DNA from: Actinomycetota bacterium
GTDB taxonomy: Bacteria; Actinomycetota; Thermoleophilia; UBA2241
Assembly (NCBI GenBank): GCA_012514235.1
Contig: JAAZAR010000035.1
Coordinates: 6,997-70,996, forward strand
Length of the DNA stretch: 64,000 nucleotides
Direction: 5' to 3'
Positions 56,095-64,000 of the stretch are shown piece by piece. The notes beneath the pieces were generated by a model that had not been told where the DNA came from, searched no databases, and saw only the letters and a program-made list of their open reading frames with translations. The position numbers and the translations under genes were made by a program. Numbering within the stretch: the stretch's first letter is position 1; each line of letters begins with the position of its first letter.

Positions 56095-57651
56095 TCACCC
56101 GAGCTCCTCGGCGAGCAGCTTGTGCAGCTCGGCCCTGATCGCCTTTCCGGATCCGGTGCGCGGGATCTGCTCCACGGCGATCACGCGGCTGGGCAGGGAC
56201 GTGGAGGGCAGCACGCCGCGCAGCTCGCGCAGCAGTCTCGAAGCCTTGAAACCCTCCGGCTCGTTGGGGACGACGAAGGCGACCGGGACGTGGCCGAGGA
56301 TGTCGTCGGGCGCGGCCACCACGGCCACGTCGGCGAACCGTCCCAGGCCCTGCAGCGCCTCCTGCACGTGGATGATGCTGACCTTCTCGCCGCCGCGCTT
56401 GATGATGTCGTCCTTGCGGCCGGCGATCCACACCGCGCCGCTCTCGTCGACCTTGCCGAAGTCGCCCGTCTTGAGGCCGTGCTCCGTGAGCGTGACGGCG
56501 GTGATCTCCGGCTCGTCCAGGTACCCCTGCATGAGCAGCGAGCCGGTGACGTACAGCTCGCCCTGCTCTCCGGGCGCGGCCTCTGTGAGGTCGCCGCGCC
56601 TCGCGACGACGCGCATGTCGGCGATGGGGCGGCCGACGGAGCCCACCTTGACGTCGAGCTCGGCCGGCGGCAGCACGCACAGCCGGCCGCTCACCTCGGT
56701 GAGGCCGTACATGTTGAACAGGCTCACGCCGGGCAGCACGCGGCGCAGCTTCTCGATCACGGGGAGCGGCAGATGGTCGCCGCTGCTGATCCAGAAGCGG
56801 AAGGGGTGCTCTCGCGGCTCCTCCATGGGCTCGACCACGCGGACCAGATGGGCCGGAGCGCCGCCGAACCCCGTGCAGCCCTCGGCCTCCATCTCGTCGA
56901 GGAGGCCGGTGCCGAAGTAGAAGCCGAGCTGGCCGGCCACGCCGCCGCCGTTGGCCAGCAGCGTCAGGAAGTGACAGATGCCGCTGGTGAAGTACGGCGG
57001 CGTGTTGATGAAGATGCGGTCGTCCGGACCGAGCCCGAGCACCTGGGCGACGTGCCCCGCGTTGCTCGAGACGGCACGGAGCGTCTGGCAGACGCCCTTC
57101 GGGACTCCGGTCGTGCCGGACGTGAACATGATCATCGCGAGCTCGTCCTCGCCCACCGCCTCGAGCTCGCCCTCGTGCCGGGTGCCGTCTCCGGGCCGGT
57201 CCGCGGACGCGGCTGCGCCGCCGACCACACACACGCCGTCCACGAGCCCGTCACGGCCGGCGGTGACGACGAGGCGCAGCGGACCGCCGGCGGCCGTCGG
57301 GCAGGCTTCCTCGCCCGGCAACACGATCACGTCCGGGGCGGACTTGTCGACCAGCCAGTCGAGGTCGGCCTGCGGCAGGCTCACGTTGAGCGGCACGACC
57401 ACCTGGCCGGCCAGCCAGGCGCCGAGCATGCACACGAAGAACTGGTCGTACTCCTCGAGCACGAGCGCGACGCGGGCGCCGCGCCGGCCGGCGGCGGCCA
57501 GCAGGGCCGCCGCCACCCGCGTCGCCCGCTCCTCCACCTCCGCGTACGTGTACACGCGGCCGCGCGTGCGGAGGAGCGTCGCCTCCGGTCGCTCGGCCGC
57601 CCAGCGGCGCAGGCGCGCGACGGCGTCGGTCATGAGCGGTTGCGGCGTCAT
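56095..57651 (-). CDS. AMP-binding adenylation enzyme (DltA-like carrier-protein ligase / acyl-AMP ligase)
   Basis: 518 aa with classic ANL core motifs FTSGTTGVPKGV, YGLTE, GELYVTGSLLMQGY, TGDFG and GRKDDIIKRGGEKV. About the size of DltA. Confidence 0.75.
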   Translation of the reverse strand: MTPQPLMTDAVARLRRWAAERPEATLLRTRGRVYTYAEVEERATRVAAALLAAAGRRGARVALVLEEYDQFFVCMLGAWLAGQVVVPLNVSLPQADLDWLVDKSAPDVIVLPGEEACPTAAGGPLRLVVTAGRDGLVDGVCVVGGAAASADRPGDGTRHEGELEAVGEDELAMIMFTSGTTGVPKGVCQTLRAVSSNAGHVAQVLGLGPDDRIFINTPPYFTSGICHFLTLLANGGGVAGQLGFYFGTGLLDEMEAEGCTGFGGAPAHLVRVVEPMEEPREHPFRFWISSGDHLPLPVIEKLRRVLPGVSLFNMYGLTEVSGRLCVLPPAELDVKVGSVGRPIADMRVVARRGDLTEAAPGEQGELYVTGSLLMQGYLDEPEITAVTLTEHGLKTGDFGKVDESGAVWIAGRKDDIIKRGGEKVSIIHVQEALQGLGRFADVAVVAAPDDILGHVPVAFVVPNEPEGFKASRLLRELRGVLPSTSLPSRVIAVEQIPRTGSGKAIRAELHKLLAEELG

Positions 57652-57667
57652 CCCGATGGCGAAGCGC

Positions 57668-57865
57668 TCAGAAGCCGACGTAGCGGAACTCGGTGAGCTT
57701 GCCGCCCACGAGCACGGCCACGGTGATGGCCAGGAACAGCAGGAACCAGAGGAACGTCTGCAGGCTCAGGCCGAGGAGGTAGCAGAACCGGTGACCCCCG
57801 GCAGACGTCGACGGCGTGTCCTCGGCAGCCGCCGTAGGCCCCTTGTCTTCTCCCGCCTCAGGCAT
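57668..57865 (-). CDS. DltX-like membrane microprotein with C-terminal FxYxxF motif
   Basis: 65 aa: MPEAGEDKGPTAAAEDTPSTSAGGHRFCYLLGLSLQTFLWFLLFLAITVAVLVGGKLTEFRYVGF*. It has a single TM helix and ends in FRYVGF. It sits between the carrier-protein gene and the adenylase gene and overlaps the carrier stop by 8 nt. Confidence 0.45.
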   Translation of the reverse strand: MPEAGEDKGPTAAAEDTPSTSAGGHRFCYLLGLSLQTFLWFLLFLAITVAVLVGGKLTEFRYVGF

Positions 57866-58106
57866 CGCCCGCCTTCTTGCGCGCGATGTAGGCGAGCATG
57901 TGGTTCACGGTGTCGAGGTTCTCGTACACGATGTCCATGGGCTTGACCTTGATGGCGAACTCCTCCTCGAGGAACGCGATGAGCGCCGTGAGGTTCATGG
58001 AATCCAGCAACTGGTCGCGGAAGAGCGAGGTGTCGGGGCTGACCTCGCCGTCTTCCAGGTCGGCCTCGTCGCGGATGAACTCAAGGATCGTATCGGCGTC
58101 GGACAT
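57858..58106 (-). CDS. Acyl/aminoacyl carrier protein, DltC-like
   Basis: 82 aa; LLDSMNLTALIAFLEEEF resembles the DltC phosphopantetheine-attachment region (LLDSFG...LL.AIENRF). A good ribosome-binding site (GGAAGGAAACAGC) precedes the ATG. Confidence 0.7.
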   Translation of the reverse strand: MSDADTILEFIRDEADLEDGEVSPDTSLFRDQLLDSMNLTALIAFLEEEFAIKVKPMDIVYENLDTVNHMLAYIARKKAGDA

Positions 58107-58136
58107 GCTGTTTCCTTCCGGTCTGGGCGAGGAGCT

Positions 58137-58820
58137 TCAGGTGCGGGTGCCCTGCGAGTACGAGAAGACCATGGGGTTCACGAAGCCCGAGGCCTCGACC
58201 CCGGCCTTGATGAGACCGCCGAGGGTGAACACGCGTTCGGCGGTCTGGAACGCCTGCTCGAGCCCCCACTCGTCGCTCCGGATGTGGCCGCGCGCCCCGG
58301 CCCAGCCGTAGGCGCCGAACTGACTGGTGCCGTCGCCGTTGCCGACGACGAGGCAGCCGTTGCGCACGAAAGGAAGCCAGGTGGCGAGGATCGCCGTCTC
58401 GGCTCCGCCCGAACGGCGGCCGGCCGTAGCGAGTACGCCGACCGGCTTGTTGGCCAGCCTGAAGTCCTGATGACGCAGCGGGCGCGTGCGCATGATGAAC
58501 TTGCTGAACAGATCGGACGGCAGGCCGAAGTACACCGGCGTGGCCACGAGGATGCCGTCCGCGGCGACCATGGCGTCGAGCACGCCCTGGACGTCGTCCT
58601 CGTCGGCGCGGACGCAGGGGATGAACGTCCCGTCCTTCTTCTTGCCGCACACGTTGCAGGCCTTGCAGGGTTCGATGTGCAGGTCGCGCAGACTGATGAG
58701 CTCGTGCTCGCACCGGCCCGGGTACTTGGCATCCAGCTTCTCGAACGCCGTCTCGAGCATGATGTTGCTGTTGCTGTTGTCGCGGGGGCTGCAGTTGAGC
58801 CCCAGAAGCCGCACCGTCAT
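58137..58820 (-). CDS. Flavodoxin-like NAD(P)H-dependent FMN reductase / iron-sulfur flavoprotein family protein
   Basis: Start at the internal ATG 58820 (MTVRLLGLNCSPRDNSNSN...). Cys cluster EPCKACNVCGKK. Resembles the flavodoxin-like NADPH-dependent FMN reductase fold. Confidence 0.55.
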   Translation of the reverse strand: MTVRLLGLNCSPRDNSNSNIMLETAFEKLDAKYPGRCEHELISLRDLHIEPCKACNVCGKKKDGTFIPCVRADEDDVQGVLDAMVAADGILVATPVYFGLPSDLFSKFIMRTRPLRHQDFRLANKPVGVLATAGRRSGGAETAILATWLPFVRNGCLVVGNGDGTSQFGAYGWAGARGHIRSDEWGLEQAFQTAERVFTLGGLIKAGVEASGFVNPMVFSYSQGTRT

Positions 58821-58931
58821 GCGCAGCGCTCCTCTCCTGCACGGCCGCCCGGCGAAAGACGCGAGGGCGGAGGGAATCGTGATGGCCCGCAGTGGAGTAC
58901 GGGTATCGAATCCTACCAGACGACAGCCACG

Positions 58932-59018
58932 TGCGCGCATGGAGCGAACGGTGGTGCCGGAGGTGGGACTCGAACCCACACGCCCTTTCGGGCACCCGAT
59001 TTTGAGTCGAGCGCGTCT
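58932..59018 (-). tRNA. tRNA-Leu (anticodon CAA), class II with long variable arm
   Basis: Reverse complement reads GCCGGTGTGGCGGAACTGGTAGAC..CTCGACTCAAAATCGGGTGCCCGAAAGGGCGTGTGGGTTCGAGTCCCACCTCCGGCACCA. It has a T-loop GGTTCGAGTCC, anticodon loop CTCAAAA, encoded CCA and a long variable stem-loop. Positions 6:67 in the acceptor stem are a T:T mismatch. Confidence 0.75.
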
Positions 59019-59206
59019 ACCAGTTCCGCCACACCGGCACGGTGCACGTCAGGCCCTATTCTGACCTATCAGTGCCGTCCCCTGCACGCGCCGGCGCCGG
59101 CGGGAAGACCGGGAACGGCCGCCGGGAGCTCCCAGGAGCTCCCGGCGGCCGTTCCAACGGACACGCACGACGCGCCCGCGCGCGAGGGCGCGTCAGGCAG
59201 ACCGCC

Positions 59207-59944
59207 TCAGTACTGCGAGGCGAAGGTCGTGGTCCACATCTGCGGACCCATGCCCCTGCTGATCGCGTAGGCCGTCGCGAAGATCTGCGAACTGCCGTCG
59301 TAGATGCTGTCGCGACGGTACGGGTTCCAGCTCGCGGACCAGGTGCCGGTCCAGTACTGGAAGAGCCCCTTGTACGGCGAGCCGGAGCCGGCGAACCTGC
59401 GACCGCCGGACTCACGCATCATCATGCGGTACATGCCGTCGGCCTTGACGCCGTACTTGGCCGCCGCCACCTTGATGATCGGCATCCAGTCGCCCCGCCG
59501 CTCCCACGCGGCCATCTTGCGCTGGAAGCGGTACTGCCTGGCGAGACGCCGCACCCGCTTCTTGCAGGCACGGACGGCGCGGCGCGCCTTGGCCACGCGC
59601 TTCTTGAACTCCTCGACGCTGGGGGTCACGGGCGTGGCGGCGGTGCTGGACACGGCCATAGGCGTGGGGGTCGCGGAGGGCGCCGAGACGTCGGACGACG
59701 TCGAGATGGCGCTGGGATCGCCCGGGGCCGGCTCGGTGACGGCCGGCCCGGCGAGAACGACGGCTGCGGCCAGGGCGGCCTCGGCGGCCTTCAGGCGCTT
59801 CGTGGACTGGCGGAGGGCCTTCCTCGCGGAGGCCAGACGGTTCTTGAGGGACGCCGCCTCTGCCTGCCGCGGCACGGTCATGGCGGCGATGGTGACGGCG
59901 AGAACGACGATGATGACGGCGATCAGGCTCTTCCTTGGACTCAC
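59207..59944 (-). CDS. Secreted coiled-coil protein with C-terminal transglycosylase-like (Rpf-type) domain
   Basis: Signal peptide MSPRKSLIAVIIVVLAVTIAAMTVPRQAEA. Lys/Arg/Ala-rich helical middle. C-terminus MMMRESGGRRFAGSGSPYKGLFQYWTGTW matches the (C)ESGG...GLFQ...TW signature of transglycosylase-like/Rpf domains. Confidence 0.5.
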   Translation of the reverse strand: MSPRKSLIAVIIVVLAVTIAAMTVPRQAEAASLKNRLASARKALRQSTKRLKAAEAALAAAVVLAGPAVTEPAPGDPSAISTSSDVSAPSATPTPMAVSSTAATPVTPSVEEFKKRVAKARRAVRACKKRVRRLARQYRFQRKMAAWERRGDWMPIIKVAAAKYGVKADGMYRMMMRESGGRRFAGSGSPYKGLFQYWTGTWSASWNPYRRDSIYDGSSQIFATAYAISRGMGPQMWTTTFASQY

Positions 59945-60133
59945 AACGTCCTTTCGACGGCTTTTCCCCGAGGGCAGCGGCTTCGGCCTGTGCCGGTGGG
60001 GCGACCGCGCCTGGCCGCACGCTGCCTACATGCGCACGCCATGAAGGGGGTGAGGGGGGAAGTCAGGGGGGCGAACGGATGTGGGGGCGGCGGAGGCGCC
60101 TCGTTTGTTCGTTCGGGGAGCGAGTGAATCAGG

Positions 60134-60766
60134 TTAACGTTCTGCGCGCAACCCGGCGGCGTTGCGCAGCGTCGCCTCGACGATCCAGCCGGCCACGTGC
60201 GTCCGCTCGCGCACCAGTACGAAGCCGGCCTCGCGAGCGGAGCTCAGCGTGTCCCTGTCGAGTCGACACCCGCCGGCGACGGCTGCCCATGCCGGGGCCG
60301 CCCTGCGCTGCAGGGTCCGCCCCGGCTCCCACGCCAGGTGCACGTGCTCGAGCAGCAGCAGCGCGCCGCCGGAGACGAGGACCCGGCGGAGCTCCAAGAG
60401 TGCCGCCGCCGGGTCACTCACCGTGCAGAGCCCGAACGCGCTCACGGCCGCGTCGAAGCTGCCGTCCGGGAAGGGCACCTCCTCGGCACGGCCCTGGACC
60501 GCCGCCACGCGCGCGGCGGCGCCCGCCGCCCGCCGCCGCGCGCGCCCGAGCATCCCGGGGTCGGGCTCGAGCGCCGTGACCTCCGTCCCGGGCGCGTACC
60601 AGCGGAACTGCGCGCCGGTCCCGGCGGCGATCTCGAGTACCCGTCCGCGCGCCTCCACCGCCAGGCGGCGCCGCCACGCGCCCACGGCGGCCCGCTCCGC
60701 GGGCCACATGACCGCGTCGTACAGGGCGGCATGACCCCCTGACCGGGTTGTGCTGCGCGCGTCCAT
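60134..60766 (-). CDS. Class I SAM-dependent methyltransferase (UbiE/COQ5-like)
   Basis: VLEIAAGTGAQ (motif I), GSFDAAVSAFGL and LLLLEHV; start set at the internal ATG. Confidence 0.55.
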   Translation of the reverse strand: MDARSTTRSGGHAALYDAVMWPAERAAVGAWRRRLAVEARGRVLEIAAGTGAQFRWYAPGTEVTALEPDPGMLGRARRRAAGAAARVAAVQGRAEEVPFPDGSFDAAVSAFGLCTVSDPAAALLELRRVLVSGGALLLLEHVHLAWEPGRTLQRRAAPAWAAVAGGCRLDRDTLSSAREAGFVLVRERTHVAGWIVEATLRNAAGLRAER

Positions 60767-60849
60767 CCTGAGAGACTTGCCCCGTCCTTCCGGCGTCCCC
60801 CGGTTCATGCCCGGCCGGGCGACGCGACACGCATCGGGCTCCGAGGACG

Positions 60850-61272
60850 GTGCGACTCTTCGAGTTCATCAAGTACGACGCGGACGCCCCCGGGGCGGAG
60901 GTCGACGACAAGACCCGCCTCGAGCTCCGCCGTCTGGCGAACCTCTTCCTTCTCGCCGGCGTCACGCTGACGCTCTTCCTCCTGCGCGCTATCGCTGAGG
61001 CGCTCTCCGTCTCCTTCATCCCCACCCCCGTCATCGTCGTCTGGGGCGCCGCGCTCCTCTTCGGATGGGCGGCCACGCTCGTGTACGGCGTCTTCGTCAC
61101 GTTCGTCGCCCGCCGATACGGCTGGCTGGTGCTGTGCCTCCTCCCCCTCACGAGCATCCCGGCCGGCGTGGCGTACGCCTGGATCAGGCGCGGTGAGATC
61201 GAGAGCGCGGTGCTCGGCGACGAGCGCACCGCCCGGCCCCGGCAGCGCCGGGGCGGCCGCAGGAACCGCTGA
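60850..61272 (+). CDS. Hypothetical small membrane protein (3-4 TM)
   Basis: Hydrophobic 140-aa ORF immediately upstream of the flippase-domain gene; no family recognised. Confidence 0.35.
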   Translation: MRLFEFIKYDADAPGAEVDDKTRLELRRLANLFLLAGVTLTLFLLRAIAEALSVSFIPTPVIVVWGAALLFGWAATLVYGVFVTFVARRYGWLVLCLLPLTSIPAGVAYAWIRRGEIESAVLGDERTARPRQRRGGRRNR

Positions 61273-61434
61273 CGCGGCGTCCGGCGGCGGACCCCACGCC
61301 CGCCTCCGCCGCCGCCCACCGCAGGCTCCGTATGGTACTGTCTTGAGCTTGGCGGGAGGGCCCGCCGACTCCGTCCTTCCAGGGGGACCGCCATCAAGAA
61401 GACGCTCCGGCACATCATCGTCTTCGCCGTCATC

Positions 61435-62472
61435 GTGCTGGCGCTCTACCTGCTGCTGCCGCGGCTCGTCGACACCCAGGAGACGCTGCAGTACGTCTCG
61501 CGGGCGCGCTACGCGCTGCTCGTCCTCGCCGTCCTGCTCGAGGTCGCGGCGCTGGCCGGGTACGCCAACCTCTTCCGGTACATCCTCCGCGTGCTCGACA
61601 TCCGCATGCGCCTGCGCGAGGTGTGGGCGATCACGCTGAGCGGCCTCGCCGTGAGCCACATCCTCTCGGCCGGCGGCGTCGGCGGGTGGGTGGTCACCTA
61701 CAACGCACTCATGAAGCACAAGGTGCCGCACGGCATCATCTTCGTCGCGATCGCCGCGCAGCAGTTCTTCAACTACGTGGTCCTGTGGTTCTTCTTCGCG
61801 CTGGCCATCCTCTACCTCATCCTCGTGCGGGGCAGCGACTCCATCTTCGGGTACCTCGTCGGGATCGTCCTCATCGTCCTGATCCTGTGGCTCACGCTCT
61901 ACGGCGTGTACCTCTACAACCGCCCCACTCGCCTGCGCCTGCGCGTCACGCAGGTCGCTCACGCCGTCAACAGGCTGTGGCGGCGCGAGGTGATCAGGGA
62001 GCGTCACGTCGACGGCTGGATCGACAACCTGCTCATCGGCATGCGGCGGATGGTCAGGCACCGCGGGTCGTTCCGCACCACGCTCATGCTCGCCGCCGTC
62101 TTCTGGTTCTTCGACGCGCTCTGTCTCTGGGTGACGTTCCAGGCGTTCGGGTACACGGTCGGACTCGGCCACCTGCTCGTCGCCTACGTGGTGGCCTACT
62201 CCATCGGGACGCTGGCGCCCACGCCGGGCGGTCTGGGCGCCATCGAGGGCCTCATGATCGCCCTCTTCGTGAGCTTCGGCGTCCCTTCGGCGGTCGCGGT
62301 CGCCGTGGTGCTCGTCTACCGCATCATCAACTTCTGGCTGCCGATCCCGCCGGGGTTCGTCGCCTACGCGATCGTGCGGCCGGGGCGCAAGCCCATCCCG
62401 GACGGCGAGTGGCAGGCGGCGGCCTCCGAGGCGCCGGAAGGGCTCTCCGGCCGGCGGCCGGACCGGCCCTGA
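61435..62472 (+). CDS. Lysylphosphatidylglycerol-synthase transmembrane-domain (MprF flippase-like, UPF0104) protein
   Basis: About 8 TM helices; the C-terminal half (GLGHLLVAYVVAYSIGTLAPTPGGLGAIEGLMIALF) matches LPG_synthase_TM family conservation. GTG start; it may begin slightly upstream. Confidence 0.6.
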   Translation: MLALYLLLPRLVDTQETLQYVSRARYALLVLAVLLEVAALAGYANLFRYILRVLDIRMRLREVWAITLSGLAVSHILSAGGVGGWVVTYNALMKHKVPHGIIFVAIAAQQFFNYVVLWFFFALAILYLILVRGSDSIFGYLVGIVLIVLILWLTLYGVYLYNRPTRLRLRVTQVAHAVNRLWRREVIRERHVDGWIDNLLIGMRRMVRHRGSFRTTLMLAAVFWFFDALCLWVTFQAFGYTVGLGHLLVAYVVAYSIGTLAPTPGGLGAIEGLMIALFVSFGVPSAVAVAVVLVYRIINFWLPIPPGFVAYAIVRPGRKPIPDGEWQAAASEAPEGLSGRRPDRP

Positions 62473-62517
62473 CGGCCGGGCCGCCGGCCTGACCCGCCCT
62501 GACGGGGGGCGGCGGCC

Positions 62518-64000
62518 TCAGTCCAGGCGGTACAGCCTGAGCACCGGCCCGCGCTCGCCCAGGCCCGGCCGGAACTCCTTGACCAGGTCCGCCTCGGCGT
62601 CCAGCTCTTCGTAGAACGCCGCGGCGGTCGGGTAGTCGTCGGCCGCCGCCAGCACGCGCTCCCAGATGCGGCTGCTCACGAGCACGTACTCCACATCCTG
62701 GCCGCGAAGCCAGGCGAGGTCGCGCTGGACGTCCGGCGTCTCGGGCGCCGGCAGCTTGATCCGCAGGAGCCTGAAGGCGACCGGGTGCAGCCCGGCGTCG
62801 CGGTAGTGCTCCAGGTCGTCCTCGTCGACCAGCGGCGCCGTGTAGTTCTCCAGCGCGACATGGGCGCCGGGCGGCAGGTTCTCGTCGATCCAGGCGCGCG
62901 CCACCTCGCGGGTGTCGGTGCCGCTCAGCGCCCTGTCGAAGGCGACGGAGTCCGCAAGAGATGGCGCGAACGCGAGGGCGAGCACCACGGCGGCGGCGCA
63001 CACGGCGACGACCCGCCCCCGCACCCCCGCCCGAGTCCGCGCCCGCTCGACCACCTCGACCACGAGCCGCACGCCCACCAGGAGAAGCAGCGGGACGATC
63101 GGCAGGAGGTAGCGGTCGGCGAGCTCCTTCCAGGTGCCGATGTACACGAAGTAGAGGATGACGTAGGGCGCCACGATCAGGTCCGCACGGGTATGGCGCC
63201 AGAGCGCCCAGGCCAGTCCTGCCGCGGCGAGCACCAGGGCGACCACGCCGATCGCCCCCGTCAGGTTGGGCGTCACGTTGTACCAGAGACCGTTGCCGAC
63301 GTTCTCGAAGCCCAGCCAGCCCCTGTCCATGATCTCCGTCTGGCGGCGGAAGTCGCGGACGAAGTGCGGCGCGTCGAGCAGGACGAACGGGGAAGCGACG
63401 ACGAACGCGGCCAGCATCGGCAGGTAGACGCGCAGCCCCAGGAGGCGAAGCCACACGAGGACGGCGCGGCCGCCGGCGGCGACGCGCCCGGCGGCCTCTC
63501 CCCCGGCGGCGTAGACGGCGGCCACCGTCGCCGGCAGGACGAGCATCCCCAGGTTGTACTTGGTCGAGGTCGCGAGGCCGGCGGCCACGGCGCCGAGCAC
63601 GAGCAGACGCCGGACGCGACGGCCGGACGCGGCGTCCCCCTCGGCGCCGAAGGCCTCCGCCGGTCGCGCCGCCCGGTGCAGCAGCACGAGCGCCAGGAGG
63701 GCGAGGGCGACGGCGGTGACGTCGGTGACCGCCATGTGCGAGTAGGCCACGTGCAGGGGCGACGCCGCCAGGAACAGTGCCGCGAGAAGACCGGCCGGGC
63801 GGCCGAAGGCGTCCCGGCCCAGCCGGTACAGCAGGTAGACGGAGGCGGTCCCCATGGCCACGGAGAGCAGCCGCGCAAGGAGGAAGTAGGGCGCCGGATC
63901 CACGACAAACGACGTCTGGGCGAGCAGGTTGCCGTTGCCGAGCAGCCACCAGACGGGCGCGGCCGCCAGGTAGACCGCCGCGACCAGGTAGAAGAAGAAG
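62518..64000 (-). CDS. GT39/PMT_2-like membrane glycosyltransferase (ArnT/Pmt-like), N-terminus beyond window
   Basis: Multi-TM N-terminal region plus a soluble C-terminal domain. The reading frame stays open to the window edge (…FFFYLVAAVYLAAAPVWWLLGNGNLLAQTSFVVDPAPYFLLARLL…). Confidence 0.6.
   Translation of the reverse strand, partial: FFFYLVAAVYLAAAPVWWLLGNGNLLAQTSFVVDPAPYFLLARLLSVAMGTASVYLLYRLGRDAFGRPAGLLAALFLAASPLHVAYSHMAVTDVTAVALALLALVLLHRAARPAEAFGAEGDAASGRRVRRLLVLGAVAAGLATSTKYNLGMLVLPATVAAVYAAGGEAAGRVAAGGRAVLVWLRLLGLRVYLPMLAAFVVASPFVLLDAPHFVRDFRRQTEIMDRGWLGFENVGNGLWYNVTPNLTGAIGVVALVLAAAGLAWALWRHTRADLIVAPYVILYFVYIGTWKELADRYLLPIVPLLLLVGVRLVVEVVERARTRAGVRGRVVAVCAAAVVLALAFAPSLADSVAFDRALSGTDTREVARAWIDENLPPGAHVALENYTAPLVDEDDLEHYRDAGLHPVAFRLLRIKLPAPETPDVQRDLAWLRGQDVEYVLVSSRIWERVLAAADDYPTAAAFYEELDAEADLVKEFRPGLGERGPVLRLYRLD

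Overview
This is a 64-kb window of very GC-rich (about 70% GC), actinobacterial-type DNA. It is gene-dense and most genes are on the minus strand. Most long six-frame ORFs on the other strand are Arg/Ala/Pro-rich GC artefacts. The recognisable content, from start to end, is as follows.

- **Ornithine degradation cluster (376-13645).** A complete clostridial-type oxidative L-ornithine pathway is present: ornithine racemase-like enzyme, oraL-like reactivase, oraE, oraS, ortB, ortA and ord. It is unexpectedly split by an lhr-nei DNA-repair pair (1556-6752). An EamA transporter lies upstream.
- **DNA repair (15256-22726).** An AddAB-type helicase-nuclease pair sits upstream of a YkgJ Cys-cluster protein.
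- **Solitary MBOAT and rnpB (23428-25380).** A lone MBOAT acyltransferase is followed by an RNase P RNA gene (rnpB) in what looks like an empty intergenic region.
- **Oxidative pentose-phosphate operon (26060-32269).** tal-pgi-gnd(short form)-zwf-pgl.
- **pntAA-pntAB-pntB transhydrogenase (36438-39362).**
- **Two MoxR AAA+/VWA pairs (40077-41914 and 44475-46628).**
- **Other single genes.** A GAF-GGDEF diguanylate cyclase, a membrane-anchored beta-propeller and an M42 peptidase.
- **Dlt-like carrier-protein/MBOAT acylation system (51424-58106).** This is the most interesting feature. Its gene order on the minus strand is dltC-like carrier, DltX-like microprotein ending in FxYxxF, DltA-like adenylating enzyme, two DltD/SGNH-like paralogs, DltB-like MBOAT, then a third DltD-like paralog.
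- **Envelope-related genes (58932-64000).** tRNA-Leu(CAA), an Rpf-like transglycosylase-domain protein, an MprF-type flippase domain and a GT39 glycosyltransferase.

All calls rest on reading the translations, motifs and structural RNA signatures by eye. No database searches were run.
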